Below are positions 27,439 to 37,763 of a DNA stretch of 46,951 bases, piece after piece (position 1 is the stretch's first letter; every line of letters starts with the position of its first letter). Where the stretch lies: assembly GCA_033763455.1 (NCBI GenBank), contig JANRKO010000041.1, positions 1 through 46,951 on the forward strand, read 5' to 3'. The notes beneath the pieces are model-generated. The model was not told the origin of the DNA. It worked only from the letters and a program-made list of their open reading frames with translations, and did no database searches. The stretch is from Polyangiaceae bacterium. Its GTDB lineage: Bacteria > Myxococcota_A > Polyangia > Polyangiales > Polyangiaceae. A program made the position numbers and the translations under genes.

Positions 27439-29022
27439 CTACTCGCTCGAAGCACTCTTACACGTAGCCGTTGCAGACGAACGCGCAAGAAGCACGTAAT
27501 CCCCGAGGGTGAGCGACCTTGGAACCACCACCGAGCCCTCAAATTTCCCATTTTCGCCCGTGGCTAGCGAACCTACAAATGCTGAGGCTTCTGCGCTTTT
27601 GAGATAAATATCTACCCGTGCGTTGGGGCAAGGGTTGCCCTCGGCGTTCAAAGCTCCGGCAACAACTACAGCTTCTCCACGTTGGATTGCCGCAGGCAGC
27701 TTAACCGTCAGCTCGAGCCGTGCCTGGGGCAGGCTATCTACCGTGTTCGCGGCATCTGCGCTCGGGGCAGGCAAAGGAGCACCGCCGGTGCTCGGGGCAG
27801 CCTTTCCGGAGGAGGCATTCCCGCTTTGCGAGCTCTGAGCGGCTCCGCTCAACATCGATTGACCGCTTTGGCTACCTTCAGGCCACAAGTACGGATCGGG
27901 CGGCGGCGCATAGGTGGCCACCTGCCCTTCTTGATCGAAATCAAGCTGACCTGCGGCGCCTCCCAGATCGATGCGATGCCACATTCGAGTGTCGAATACC
28001 TCAACCCAGGCGTGCGCTTCATTGCGTATGAATCTTGCTGGAATACCAAGCCCAAGGGCCGTTACCACGAACGCATACGCACGGTGCCTGCACACACCGT
28101 GGCGCGAACGCGTCAGCTCTCGGTAAAGCTCCAGGCTGGAGCCCGCTTGGAGTGGCTCGTTCGAAGGCGCAAACCCTCGAAAATAGGCCACCATGCGCGC
28201 CAACACCTGCTTGGGTGTTTCCTCTGCGCGAACTCCCAAAAGGCTCGCCGTGGCTCGCACCTCGTCCCGCAGCGCCGCCGGAAAGGCGGGCGCTCGTAGC
28301 CTCAACACTTCCCAAGGAACATCCCCAAACGCACTACCAAACACGTTGCGGTCCACAGCAAGTTGCATAAGGAGTCGCACCCTGCGCGATTCTTTGGCCT
28401 GCACGAACCAATTCTCCGCACCATCCGTAACGATCGAAATCGAAACTTTGGGTTCAGTGTTGGCTACGAGCACACGCGCGGAAGGGCCAACGCTTGGGAT
28501 CCTTACAGCTGTCCCTGCCACAAGGTCGACAAACATATCGGCGTAAAATGCGTCTTCGCTCGGGGCTAAGCCACCTCCGATACTTAACGTCGAAAGCGCT
28601 TGTTCGGCCACCCGAAGCTCCAATGATGGGCTCACCGAATCGGAGGCGTAAAGGCGCTTAAATGGGGCAATTGAGGGCGAAAAGGGCTCATCGTAGGAAA
28701 CAACGTCGGGCCGCTTGGTGTTGCGATCGATGCGATAAGTGGCGTCCGGGCTGCTCGGAGTGGCGCTGCCGCCGTAACTCGCCTTAGCGCTAAAAGGGTC
28801 TCGCTGAGCGGAGGGTGCACGCACGGGCCCACGAGGGGTGGCAAGCGCCGCCGGCATCGCGCCATCTTGGGTAGTTGCTTGCAACGCTAGATCCTCCGCA
28901 GGATCAACCTCGAAAAATTCATGGAGCACCGGCCCTTCGGCACTAGCCGGTATGGTCAGAAGTAGGAGCCCCGCGGCGATCCGCCCGATGTACCTTCGCG
29001 ACGAAGCTTTGCGCTCGGTCAC
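27439..29022 (-). CDS. Secreted transglutaminase-like domain protein
   Basis: Triad GVCRHRAY / HAWVEV / IDLGG and a signal peptide; GTG 29022 overlaps the upstream TGA. Confidence 0.85.
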   Translation of the reverse strand: MTERKASSRRYIGRIAAGLLLLTIPASAEGPVLHEFFEVDPAEDLALQATTQDGAMPAALATPRGPVRAPSAQRDPFSAKASYGGSATPSSPDATYRIDRNTKRPDVVSYDEPFSPSIAPFKRLYASDSVSPSLELRVAEQALSTLSIGGGLAPSEDAFYADMFVDLVAGTAVRIPSVGPSARVLVANTEPKVSISIVTDGAENWFVQAKESRRVRLLMQLAVDRNVFGSAFGDVPWEVLRLRAPAFPAALRDEVRATASLLGVRAEETPKQVLARMVAYFRGFAPSNEPLQAGSSLELYRELTRSRHGVCRHRAYAFVVTALGLGIPARFIRNEAHAWVEVFDTRMWHRIDLGGAAGQLDFDQEGQVATYAPPPDPYLWPEGSQSGQSMLSGAAQSSQSGNASSGKAAPSTGGAPLPAPSADAANTVDSLPQARLELTVKLPAAIQRGEAVVVAGALNAEGNPCPNARVDIYLKSAEASAFVGSLATGENGKFEGSVVVPRSLTLGDYVLLARSSATATCKSASSE

Positions 29023-29363
29023 TCGCCGCTCTCCTTCAGTGGAGCCGAGGTTACAGCGTAGGGTGGGCTCAACTCCTCGAAGTGGCCGGGCACCCAAACG
29101 TAGCGCGCGCCATCAAAATGTTGACTGCCAGGTATCCAAACGCAACGGCGACAGGTTTCAGGTGCTTGAGGACGAGGCTCCGGATGCACCGTGTCGTGGG
29201 CGCGCTGCTGTTCCGCCGAAGGCTCGGCCGCCACAGCACGCGGGATCTGATCGTCTTCGGCGCGGCCAGGACGATTCGCCACATGAACGACACAACTGGT
29301 GGACAGGCACGCAGCCACCAAAATGTGCACACACGCCGAAGCAAACTTGCCGGGTTGGGCCAT
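29019..29363 (-). CDS. Small lipoprotein with WxxGxW-type repeat
   Basis: Lipobox-like LSTSC; CVWIPGSQHFDGARYVWVPGHF. Confidence 0.7.
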   Translation of the reverse strand: MAQPGKFASACVHILVAACLSTSCVVHVANRPGRAEDDQIPRAVAAEPSAEQQRAHDTVHPEPRPQAPETCRRCVWIPGSQHFDGARYVWVPGHFEELSPPYAVTSAPLKESGE

Positions 29364-29484
29364 ATCCCCAGAACGAGAGCTCCTTTGCACCCCCAAAGTG
29401 TGCCCGGTTTGGCGCTCGGGGGCGACAAGAAACCGAGCTCAATTGCGGGTCCGGGGGCGCCGCGATTAACCTCCACCTTCCCCT

Positions 29485-30615
29485 ATGCACACCTCCCTCG
29501 ATCAAGAGTTGGACGCACTGCCCGAAGCAGCCCGCCAAGCCCTTACGGCTCATCATTTCCACCGTGAACGCTTTCTCAACCTTGCAGCGGCTGTTCGTGA
29601 AGGCCGGCCGTTTCAAAACCACGTTTCTGGCTCACTCGCAGGGCCACGTCCGGGAGATTGGGTAGCACTCCCTCCAGCCGAGAGCGAAGAAGGCAGAAAG
29701 TATCTAGAGCTCGGGCGGGAAGCACTCCGAAAGGGTCAGTGCGCGCTCGTGGTTCTCGCCGGCGGCATGGCTACACGCATGGGAGGCGTTGTGAAAGCGC
29801 TCGTGCCAGCACTGCCTGGTAAGACATTTTTGGATCTCAGGCTTGGTGAACAACAGTCCATCGCCCGCCAATTCGGCAGCGTACCTCCGCTTTGGCTCAT
29901 GACAAGCCAAGCCACCACTGAAAAGACGCGCCAAGCTCTTGGAAAAAGGCTCGACGGTTACACCATTGCAGATTTTCCTCAGGGGCTAGCACCCCGGTTA
30001 ACTTCTTCTGGGAATATCTTCCTTGATGCGGAGGGTCAGCCAAGCCTGTATGCCACAGGCCACGGGGACCTACCCGAGGCCCTCCAAGCAAGTGGCCTCT
30101 TGCAGCGCTTCGTGAGCGGCGGTGGCCGAGTGGTTATGGTGACGAACCTAGACAATTTGGGCGGCACGCTCGATCCGCTCACTATCGGTTTTCACTTGGC
30201 GCATGGCTGCCCAGTAACGTCGGAAGTGGTGGATAAGCTCGCGGCTGATCGCGGGGGTATTCCCGTGCGGCTGGATGAAAAGCTGGTGGTGCTTGAAGAA
30301 TTTAGAATCCCGCCTGGGTTCGATCCATCCACGGTGCCTGTTTTTAACACCAACGTGTTCCACTTCGACGCCCGCACCCTCCTCGAACTCAAGATGCCGT
30401 GGACGTATTTTAAAGTCGAGAAAAAGGTGGGCGAAGCGCGCTATGTGCAGTTTGAGCGCCTAATTAACGAGGTCACCAGCTACCTTGAGACGCGCTACGT
30501 GCATATGCCCCGAATAGGCGAGGCTTCACGATTTTTGCCGTGCAAAGACATGGAAGAACTTGCCCTGCGCCAACCCGAAATTTTGGCCGTCGCCCAAAGC
30601 CGAGGAATGATCTGA
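29485..30615 (+). CDS. UTP-sugar-1-phosphate uridylyltransferase, UDPGP (eukaryote-like) family
   Basis: LAGGMATRMGGVVKA, LMTS, GHGD, NLDNLG, FNTN, QFE. Confidence 0.88.
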   Translation: MHTSLDQELDALPEAARQALTAHHFHRERFLNLAAAVREGRPFQNHVSGSLAGPRPGDWVALPPAESEEGRKYLELGREALRKGQCALVVLAGGMATRMGGVVKALVPALPGKTFLDLRLGEQQSIARQFGSVPPLWLMTSQATTEKTRQALGKRLDGYTIADFPQGLAPRLTSSGNIFLDAEGQPSLYATGHGDLPEALQASGLLQRFVSGGGRVVMVTNLDNLGGTLDPLTIGFHLAHGCPVTSEVVDKLAADRGGIPVRLDEKLVVLEEFRIPPGFDPSTVPVFNTNVFHFDARTLLELKMPWTYFKVEKKVGEARYVQFERLINEVTSYLETRYVHMPRIGEASRFLPCKDMEELALRQPEILAVAQSRGMI

Positions 30616-30617
30616 CT

Positions 30618-33176
30618 ATGAAGCTTTCTTATCCTACGCTTGTTCGCCTTCTGGGGCGTTCGTTGCCGGCTCTCGGCGTGTTGGCTCTGGCAGCCCTCCC
30701 CGCGTCTCAAGCACTGGGGCAATCGCGCAATCCGAGCGCGCGGCTCACGCGCTTGCCGGCGTTCAATCAACCTGTAGCCGTATCGGACGACTCGCGCGCC
30801 TTGGTGGTGAACCCCGCCAACCTCGCCTTCATGCCGGGATCGGAATTTCGGTGGTCCGCAGCTTATCTCGATGATCGCGCACCGGTCAGCGCGCAGGGGC
30901 ACGCCTTCGCACTGGGCTTTCATGTTCCCTACACCCCGCTCGCGACGGGCTTGCGGTTCGACGCGGTGAATCCGCCCAAATCATTGAATTCAATTTACGG
31001 GCAAAGCGCTAACTACCAGTGGTGGACGTTTGCGCTCGCGCTTGCCGCATCCGATACGAGCGCGCTTGGGCTTACCTTTCAGCGCAGCGCTTCGGAGTCG
31101 CCACTCTTTTCCGGCATGAACTCCTGGTCGCTCGGTTGGTCTAATCGCCCTTGGGACCACTTGGGTTTCGCGGTGACGGCACACGACTTGAATTCCCCTC
31201 GATCAGAGGTGGGGCTCACCTTAGATCGCTCCTTTGATTTCGGCGTCGTGGTCCGCCCGGATGGGTCACGCACGTTCGATCTGGGCCTGGAGGCCAAATA
31301 CCTCGACGACACGAACGGCACTTGGGTCCCTCGCGCAACGCTGGGCTTCGATTTGCCAAGCCTTGGGCGGCTCGAAGGGGATATGGCCGTCACCAACCCC
31401 GAAGATGAGAAGCTCCGCGAGTGGCAGGCCTCCGCTTCGCTCGTGATGCAGGTCAATACGCAGAATGCCTCTTCGGAGCTTGCAGCTGGCACCATGTTCG
31501 GTAGCGCGCTCGGGAAAGACGCTCGAAATAGAGCCCAGAATAATATCCACACCGAGGTTGCAACGCGCATCTGGCGAGAAGCTGCGGGTGTTCCCGAGAA
31601 GAGCTATGCACTCCGTGTACGGCTCGAAAATAGCGGGGATGCTCGTTCGCAAGTCGCGCTCCTTCGGGGCCTTTGGTCCGTGGCCGAGCAAGAGCCGTCT
31701 ATCAAAGCCGTGGTGCTTGAGTTGCGCACCTCCCCGGGCGAAAGCCTAGCGCATGTGCAAGAGCTTCGAGATGCCGTCTATTACCTGCGGCAGCACGGGA
31801 AAAAGGTCCTTTGCCACATGGAAGACGCCAACGGCCTCGCGCTCTATCTATGTTCGGCAGCGGATCGGGTGCTCATCAATCCCGCCGGTGGCGTGCGTTT
31901 CGCAGGAATGCGCGCACAATATATGTATTACAAGGGCCTGCTGGATAAGCTCGGCGTAAAGGCCGATTTCGTGCGCATCGGGGATCACAAGTCAGCGCCG
32001 GAGGCGTTCATGCGCACCGAAGCCACCGAAACGAGCCGAGCCGATCACATCGACCTCTTGCAGCAATTTGAGCTTGAGTTCTCGCGTGGCATCGCCCACG
32101 ACCGCAAAGTGGATCTCGGAAAGCTCCGCGAATCCTTCAAGCAGGGTCCGTTCATCGCACCGGAAGCCAAGGCAGCAGGCCTCGTTGATGGCTACGCGCA
32201 CGACGATCAGCTCGAAGAAGAGGTGCAGAAGCTGGTGGGGGAGCCCCTTCCGCTAGTGAACGATCAACGCGTACTCCGAGCCCCAACCACGTTTGGCAAT
32301 CAGCGTAGCGTGGCGCTGATTTACGTGGATGGCGACATGGTGGACGGCCGAAGCAGCACCATTCCCTTTCTCGGTGTGGACCTGGTTGGCTCCTACACGA
32401 TCGCCGACTCCATCAAACAAGCCCGGGAGAACTCCCAAATCTCCGCGGTTGTGTTGCGCATAGAAACCGGCGGCGGCTCGGCCATGGGCGCCGACGTGAT
32501 TTGGCGGGAACTGATGCTTACCAACAAGGTGAAACCTGTTATCGTGAGCATGGGTGGGGCTGCGGCCAGCGGCGGCTATTATATTGCCGCGCCCGCCACT
32601 CGCATTTTTGCAAGCCCGCTCACCATCACCGGCAGCATCGGCATTTTCTACGGCAAGGCCGACGTGGTAGGCCTCATGGAAAAGCTCGGGCTATCGGTCG
32701 AAACCTACAAGACAGGGCCCCGCGCGGACGCCGAGTCGATGTATCGGCCCTTCACCCCGAGTGAACGCGTAGAGCTCGAACACAAGGTTGGCCAATTTTA
32801 CGACATGTTCCTCTCTCGCGTGGCAGAAGGTCGAAAGCTTGAGAAATCAGCCGTCGATAAAGTGGGCCAGGGCCGCGTGTGGACGGGCGCTCAGGCGAAA
32901 AACCGAGGGCTCGTGGATGAGCTCGGTGGTCTTCGGCAGGCACTGCGCTACGCACAAGCACTCACCCACCTGGAAACGGACTCGCCGATCTCGGAACTCC
33001 CTCCGGTGGAGACGAGCTTGCTTGGAAAGCTGCTTGGCATCGAGGGCGTCCATGCGGGTGATAAACCCATTCTTCCCCCAGCATTGTTGCGCGTAGCTCA
33101 AGCGCTCACACCTTTCATGGTTTACGACGCCGACAAGCCTTTGGCTCGCGCGGAAATCATCTCAATTTTGCCATGA
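30618..33176 (+). CDS. sppA: Signal peptide peptidase SppA (tandem S49 domains) with long N-terminal extension
   Basis: HKSAPE, ETGGGSA, SMGGAAASGGYY, TGSIG, GQGRVWTG. Confidence 0.92.
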   Translation: MKLSYPTLVRLLGRSLPALGVLALAALPASQALGQSRNPSARLTRLPAFNQPVAVSDDSRALVVNPANLAFMPGSEFRWSAAYLDDRAPVSAQGHAFALGFHVPYTPLATGLRFDAVNPPKSLNSIYGQSANYQWWTFALALAASDTSALGLTFQRSASESPLFSGMNSWSLGWSNRPWDHLGFAVTAHDLNSPRSEVGLTLDRSFDFGVVVRPDGSRTFDLGLEAKYLDDTNGTWVPRATLGFDLPSLGRLEGDMAVTNPEDEKLREWQASASLVMQVNTQNASSELAAGTMFGSALGKDARNRAQNNIHTEVATRIWREAAGVPEKSYALRVRLENSGDARSQVALLRGLWSVAEQEPSIKAVVLELRTSPGESLAHVQELRDAVYYLRQHGKKVLCHMEDANGLALYLCSAADRVLINPAGGVRFAGMRAQYMYYKGLLDKLGVKADFVRIGDHKSAPEAFMRTEATETSRADHIDLLQQFELEFSRGIAHDRKVDLGKLRESFKQGPFIAPEAKAAGLVDGYAHDDQLEEEVQKLVGEPLPLVNDQRVLRAPTTFGNQRSVALIYVDGDMVDGRSSTIPFLGVDLVGSYTIADSIKQARENSQISAVVLRIETGGGSAMGADVIWRELMLTNKVKPVIVSMGGAAASGGYYIAAPATRIFASPLTITGSIGIFYGKADVVGLMEKLGLSVETYKTGPRADAESMYRPFTPSERVELEHKVGQFYDMFLSRVAEGRKLEKSAVDKVGQGRVWTGAQAKNRGLVDELGGLRQALRYAQALTHLETDSPISELPPVETSLLGKLLGIEGVHAGDKPILPPALLRVAQALTPFMVYDADKPLARAEIISILP

Positions 33177-34189
33177 AGGCGCCCGCCACCCTTACGCCCG
33201 AGCCTCCCGTCGTTCTTGCCGAAAAGACGCCCGCTGTCCTTGCCGAAAAGGCGCCCGTCGTCGAATTTTCGAACGTGCGGCTAGATCCACTGGGAGCTCT
33301 AGGCCGGCCCGATCTCACCTTCACCAGCACAGGCTCACGCCTGGTATTTCTCGGCAATTGGTCGGCATTCTTCGCTATCTTGCTGGGTCGCGCCGAGCTT
33401 ACATCAGGAGCTATTCGCCTGCACGGGCTTCCAATTTCTGAGGCGCTTGCTTCGGGCCGTGTAGCAGTCATTTCCCCCAAAGCTCCGCTCCCGGGCTCCA
33501 TGAAGGTTCACACCTTGTTCGTGGAGAGCACGCGGTTAGCTGGCTTCTCGCACTCGTTAGCGGATAGCCGAGCCACCCAGGTGCTCACAGAACTGAACCT
33601 CGCCGCCCTAGGCTTCCGGCGCATAGATTCCCTCAGCGAACTTGAGCGCCGAGCGATGTGGGTGGCCCATGCGCTGCTCACCTGGCCCGAGCTGGTATTG
33701 GTGGAAGATCTCTTTTGCGGTGTGGCTGATTACGAAAAGGAATACCTATGGGGGCTCGCTCGGGCCGCCTTGGCTGGAAGGAAGTGGGGGGTCTGGGTTC
33801 AGGGAGATGATCCCGCATCCGTCGACGGAGCTGTCCTCCGCGAGTCCGACGAAGTCCTCGCCATCGAACAGGGGCGCCTTCTGCAAGGAGCGGCCGCTCG
33901 CGCCCAAGCCAACCCCACGCCCACCACTTTCCGCGTCGTGGTTGGGCAAAACGCGCCCCAATTCTTCGCTGAGCTGGGTGCCATGGGCCTTTCTGCCCAC
34001 CCCATGAATTCTGCGCCACAACTTGGCCCAGAAGGCTCACTGGTTGGCACGGCTGGTCGCGGCATCGTAGAGCTCCCGGGCGCCGAAGCCCGACGCCAGC
34101 TGTTTGCCACCTCCGTTACGCTCTCGGCCCCCATCTTGGAGCTCGTTCCCATCACCCACGGCCCCGCGTACTTCGAACCCACACCATGA
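33173..34189 (+). CDS. ABC ATPase-like protein with degenerate Walker A
   Basis: ABC fold cues (GAIRLHG, LSELERR, PELVLVED) but no GxxGxGKS/T. Confidence 0.65.
   Translation: MKAPATLTPEPPVVLAEKTPAVLAEKAPVVEFSNVRLDPLGALGRPDLTFTSTGSRLVFLGNWSAFFAILLGRAELTSGAIRLHGLPISEALASGRVAVISPKAPLPGSMKVHTLFVESTRLAGFSHSLADSRATQVLTELNLAALGFRRIDSLSELERRAMWVAHALLTWPELVLVEDLFCGVADYEKEYLWGLARAALAGRKWGVWVQGDDPASVDGAVLRESDEVLAIEQGRLLQGAAARAQANPTPTTFRVVVGQNAPQFFAELGAMGLSAHPMNSAPQLGPEGSLVGTAGRGIVELPGAEARRQLFATSVTLSAPILELVPITHGPAYFEPTP
33206..33262 (+). repeat. 24-bp tandem repeat (~2.4 copies) encoding PVVLAEKT/PAVLAEKA
   Basis: cccgtcgttcttgccgaaaagacg cccgctgtccttgccgaaaaggcg cccgtcgtc. Confidence 0.85.
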
Positions 34190-34803
34190 TCACCATCGTC
34201 GATTACAACGCCGGCAATCTAAAAAGCGTGAAACGCGCCTGCGACGCCGTAGGTATCCATTCTCAGCTCTCGGCTGATCCCGAAGTTGTGTCACGCGCCG
34301 CAAAGCTCATCTTCCCAGGTGTGGGCGCGGCGGCAAGCGCGATGCAAACGCTGAATCAAACCGGCCTCGGTGAAGCCATTCGCACGGCTCACCAGCGCGG
34401 CGTCCCCATCCTTGGGATTTGCCTCGGCGCACAGATCATTTTGGAGCGCTCCGAAGAGGGCAATACACCCACGCTTGGCATCCTCCCCGGCGAAACGCGG
34501 CGCTTCAAGCTCGCCGATCCTCGTCTCAAAATCCCGCACATGGGATGGAATCAGGTCCAAGTTGAAAAACCACACCCGCTCCTCTCGGGCCTGACCCCAG
34601 GCGACGAGTTTTACTTCGTGCACTCGTATTTCCCTGCGCCCAGCGCTCAAAGCGATGTGTACGGAAGTGCCGATTACGGCGGCAAGTTCACCTGCGCCCT
34701 CGGCCGCGGCAACCTCTTCGCTACTCAATTTCACCCTGAAAAGAGCGGCCAGCTGGGCCTAGCTTTGCTCAAACGCTTCGCAGGCTGGGAGGGCAGTCCG
34801 TGA
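34186..34803 (+). CDS. hisH: Imidazole glycerol phosphate synthase glutaminase subunit
   Basis: [38 protein letters not shown]. Confidence 0.97.
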   Translation: MITIVDYNAGNLKSVKRACDAVGIHSQLSADPEVVSRAAKLIFPGVGAAASAMQTLNQTGLGEAIRTAHQRGVPILGICLGAQIILERSEEGNTPTLGILPGETRRFKLADPRLKIPHMGWNQVQVEKPHPLLSGLTPGDEFYFVHSYFPAPSAQSDVYGSADYGGKFTCALGRGNLFATQFHPEKSGQLGLALLKRFAGWEGSP

Positions 34804-34882
34804 GTTGCCCACGCACTCGCCTCGCCCCTCAATCGAAAGCGAAGCCCGCGATGTCGGCGCAAATTTTCGAAAGGACTTCCCT

Positions 34883-35662
34883 ATGTTAACCAAACGCGTC
34901 ATCGCCTGTTTGGACGTGCGCGATGGCAAGCTCGCCAAGAGCGTGCGCTTTGTCGATACCAAAGACATTGGCGATCCGATCGAGAAAGCTCGCCAATATT
35001 ACGAGCAGGGGCTCGACGAGCTCGTGTTCTACGACATCACGGCTTCCAGCGACCACCGTTCCATCATGCTCGATGTTGTGGAAGCCGTCGCTTCGCAGAT
35101 CTTCATCCCTTTCTCGGTCGGTGGTGGCATTCGCTCGGTGGAAGATGCCACGCGCCTGCGCCTGGCCGGTGCCGAGAAAATCAACGTGAACAGCGCCGCG
35201 GTGCAGAACCCGGAGCTCATCCGAGCTTGTTCAGAAGCCATCGGCGCCCAAAGCGTGGTGCTCTCCATGGATGTACGGAGCGCCGACAAAACAGCAGCCA
35301 TTCCCTCGGGCTACGAAATTGTGATCCACGGCGGCCGCACGCCCACAGGCCTCGACGCCATCAAGTGGGCTGAACGCGGCGAAGTACTCGGAGCCGGCGA
35401 GCTCGTCGTCAACTCCATCGACGCTGACGGCACTCGGGAAGGCTACGAAATCAAGCTCACCCGAGCCATTGCCGATGCAGTTTCGATTCCTGTGATTGCT
35501 TCGGGGGGCGCCGGAAAGCCCGAACACCTCTATGAAGTGCTCACCGAAGGCCACGCCGATGCGGCGCTCGTTGCTTCCATGGTTCATTATGGTGATTACA
35601 CCGTGGGGGACCTCAAGAACTATCTCCATGCGCAGGGCCTCCCGATCCGCATGCGCTACTAA
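34883..35662 (+). CDS. hisF: Imidazole glycerol phosphate synthase cyclase subunit
   Basis: [42 protein letters not shown]. Confidence 0.97.
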   Translation: MLTKRVIACLDVRDGKLAKSVRFVDTKDIGDPIEKARQYYEQGLDELVFYDITASSDHRSIMLDVVEAVASQIFIPFSVGGGIRSVEDATRLRLAGAEKINVNSAAVQNPELIRACSEAIGAQSVVLSMDVRSADKTAAIPSGYEIVIHGGRTPTGLDAIKWAERGEVLGAGELVVNSIDADGTREGYEIKLTRAIADAVSIPVIASGGAGKPEHLYEVLTEGHADAALVASMVHYGDYTVGDLKNYLHAQGLPIRMRY

Positions 35663-35675
35663 AGGTTAATCTGCC

Positions 35676-36764
35676 GTGAACCACGCTCGCTCTCTCCTCA
35701 AATCCGCCCAGCGCATCGTCATCAAGATTGGCTCGCGCGCGCTCGCCAGCGATAACGAAGCGCAGCGCAGCCTGGCCGCACAAATCGCCGCGTTTGAAGC
35801 TTCCAAATCAACCGTCATCGTTTCCAGCGGAGCCATTGCCATTGGTATGAAGCGCCTGGGTTACGCAGAACGGCCTAAAGAAATCGCCAGGCTTCAGGCA
35901 GCTGCAGCAGCCGGCCAAATCGAGCTCATGCGCCGCTACGACGAAGCCTTCACAAGCCTCGGGCTGCGTGCTGCCCAAGTGCTCATCACCCACGCAGATC
36001 TGGCCGATCGCGAGCGCCTCAACAACGCCCGCGCCGCGTTCGCGGCGCTCCTTGAAGCGAACGCCATCCCTATCGTGAACGAGAACGATACGGTGGCAAC
36101 AGATGAGATCCGCTTCGGCGATAACGATCAATTGGCCTCCATGGTAACTCCCTTGGTGGCGGCCGATTTGCTCATCTTGCTCACGGATGTAGAAGGCGTC
36201 TTGGATGCCAATGGTACGCGCATCTCGGAGATGTCAGCTGATGCACAAATTGGAGATTTCAGAAGTTCGAGCGGTGTTGGCACCGGAGGCATGTCGAGCA
36301 AGATCGACGCTGCGCGAAAAGCTGTGCGCTCAGGCGCATCGGTCGTGATAGGCCCCGCTGGCAGGCCGAACGTCATCCTCGATATTTTGGCTGGCGAAGA
36401 TGTGGGCACGTTGTTCCCCCCCAACGGCCGCGGCCTCAGAGCTCGCCAACACTGGATCGCCTACACCTTGCGTCCACGCGGTGCGCTCCTGCTAGACCAA
36501 GGAGCTGCCGAAGCCGTAAAATCCGGGAAATCCAGCCTACTTCCGATTGGAGTGCTCGGGGTGCGCGGCCAATTCAACCCCGGTGATTCGGTACAGTTGC
36601 TCGCCCCCTCCGGCGAAGAGGTAGGCCGCGGCCTCACCCAACTCGGAGCCCTGGATGCAGCCCGCGCCGCCGGCAAAAAAGGCCACGACCTCGAAATGTT
36701 ATTCGGCACCCAAGGCCAAGCGCTTGTTGTGGTGCACAAAGATGATTTGGTAACTGAGAGTTAA
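35676..36764 (+). CDS. proB: Glutamate 5-kinase with PUA domain
   Basis: IVIKIGS, VSSGAIA, AAAGQ, NENDTV, FGDNDQL, GTGGMSSK. Confidence 0.96.
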   Translation: MNHARSLLKSAQRIVIKIGSRALASDNEAQRSLAAQIAAFEASKSTVIVSSGAIAIGMKRLGYAERPKEIARLQAAAAAGQIELMRRYDEAFTSLGLRAAQVLITHADLADRERLNNARAAFAALLEANAIPIVNENDTVATDEIRFGDNDQLASMVTPLVAADLLILLTDVEGVLDANGTRISEMSADAQIGDFRSSSGVGTGGMSSKIDAARKAVRSGASVVIGPAGRPNVILDILAGEDVGTLFPPNGRGLRARQHWIAYTLRPRGALLLDQGAAEAVKSGKSSLLPIGVLGVRGQFNPGDSVQLLAPSGEEVGRGLTQLGALDAARAAGKKGHDLEMLFGTQGQALVVVHKDDLVTES

Positions 36765-36783
36765 CTTCTCTCTGACCGTATTT

Positions 36784-36841
36784 GAAGGGGGTTTCGTTGG
36801 CCGCAATTGCTCCCGTGGGAGCACACAGGCACGAAACCTTC
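36784..36841. terminator. Long imperfect hairpin between convergent genes
   Basis: gaagg..ggtttcgt / acgaaaccttc outer stem with inner tgctccc-gt-gggagca. Confidence 0.5.
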
Positions 36842-36874
36842 GCGGCTACAAGACAACATCAAATCCTGCGCAGC

Positions 36875-37642
36875 TCAAACTTCGAGCCCCGTCGGATACT
36901 GAACGAGCAACCACGGGAGCCAACCTGTCCGCTCACTCGGCTCCTTTTCCCAAGTAGCGTCGAGCTTCCGTGAACACTCCAAGGCCAACTCAAATGAGTC
37001 GATGAGCCCCGCTTGATTCAAGACCACACCAGATCCCTCAAAAAGCTCTTGTTCATCCAAGTGAAGGGACTCAGGGCTATTGAACGAATTGCCCCAGTCC
37101 TCCTTGAGGATCTCATGACCAAGCACGACTCCCCCACGAGCCAAAGCTTGGCGACGCAGGCAAACAGCCTCGTGCGTACCGCCCGCACCAACTGGCGCAA
37201 ATCCTGGCTCCTGTGGCGGTGGCTGAGTCAGCCGACAATATTCGGCCACCAGCTCACTCTTCAGGCCAAGCCCCCAGAGCTCAACATCCGGGACTCGTGA
37301 AAGCCAGCGCCGACCCACAGCTCGTGCGCTTTCAAGTGTGAACACCGTATTCCAAACGCCAAATTCCCGATCCATCGCGGCATCCGCCCATTTCATAAGC
37401 GCGGGAAGTTCCTCCTCGGGGATCCCGAACACCGCCGCATGCTCACGACGCTCCTCAGGGGACGTATTGCACCACGAGAGTGCCCACGCATCTGGAAAAA
37501 ACCTCCGCACAGAGTGATCACGCGCGAGTGAAATAGGACGCAACTCCGTCCCCGTGCAATCGGGCGCTGCACCAACCCGCGAGAGAAAGTAGCCGGCAGC
37601 AATGTAACCCCCGGTGTCGTCTTGCTTCTCCAAATCAGACAT
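36875..37642 (-). CDS. Hypothetical protein
   Basis: 255-aa ORF filling the gap; no recognised motif. Confidence 0.7.
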   Translation of the reverse strand: MSDLEKQDDTGGYIAAGYFLSRVGAAPDCTGTELRPISLARDHSVRRFFPDAWALSWCNTSPEERREHAAVFGIPEEELPALMKWADAAMDREFGVWNTVFTLESARAVGRRWLSRVPDVELWGLGLKSELVAEYCRLTQPPPQEPGFAPVGAGGTHEAVCLRRQALARGGVVLGHEILKEDWGNSFNSPESLHLDEQELFEGSGVVLNQAGLIDSFELALECSRKLDATWEKEPSERTGWLPWLLVQYPTGLEV

Positions 37643-37763
37643 GAGGCATTCTACCCACGCTTACTGCCCCATCCACAGCAGAATCCCGTTATGCATGGCG
37701 TGGGCCAGAATGCCTTGCCAAAGGCGCTTGGTTACCTGTGTTTGTTTGGCCAGAATTCCACTC

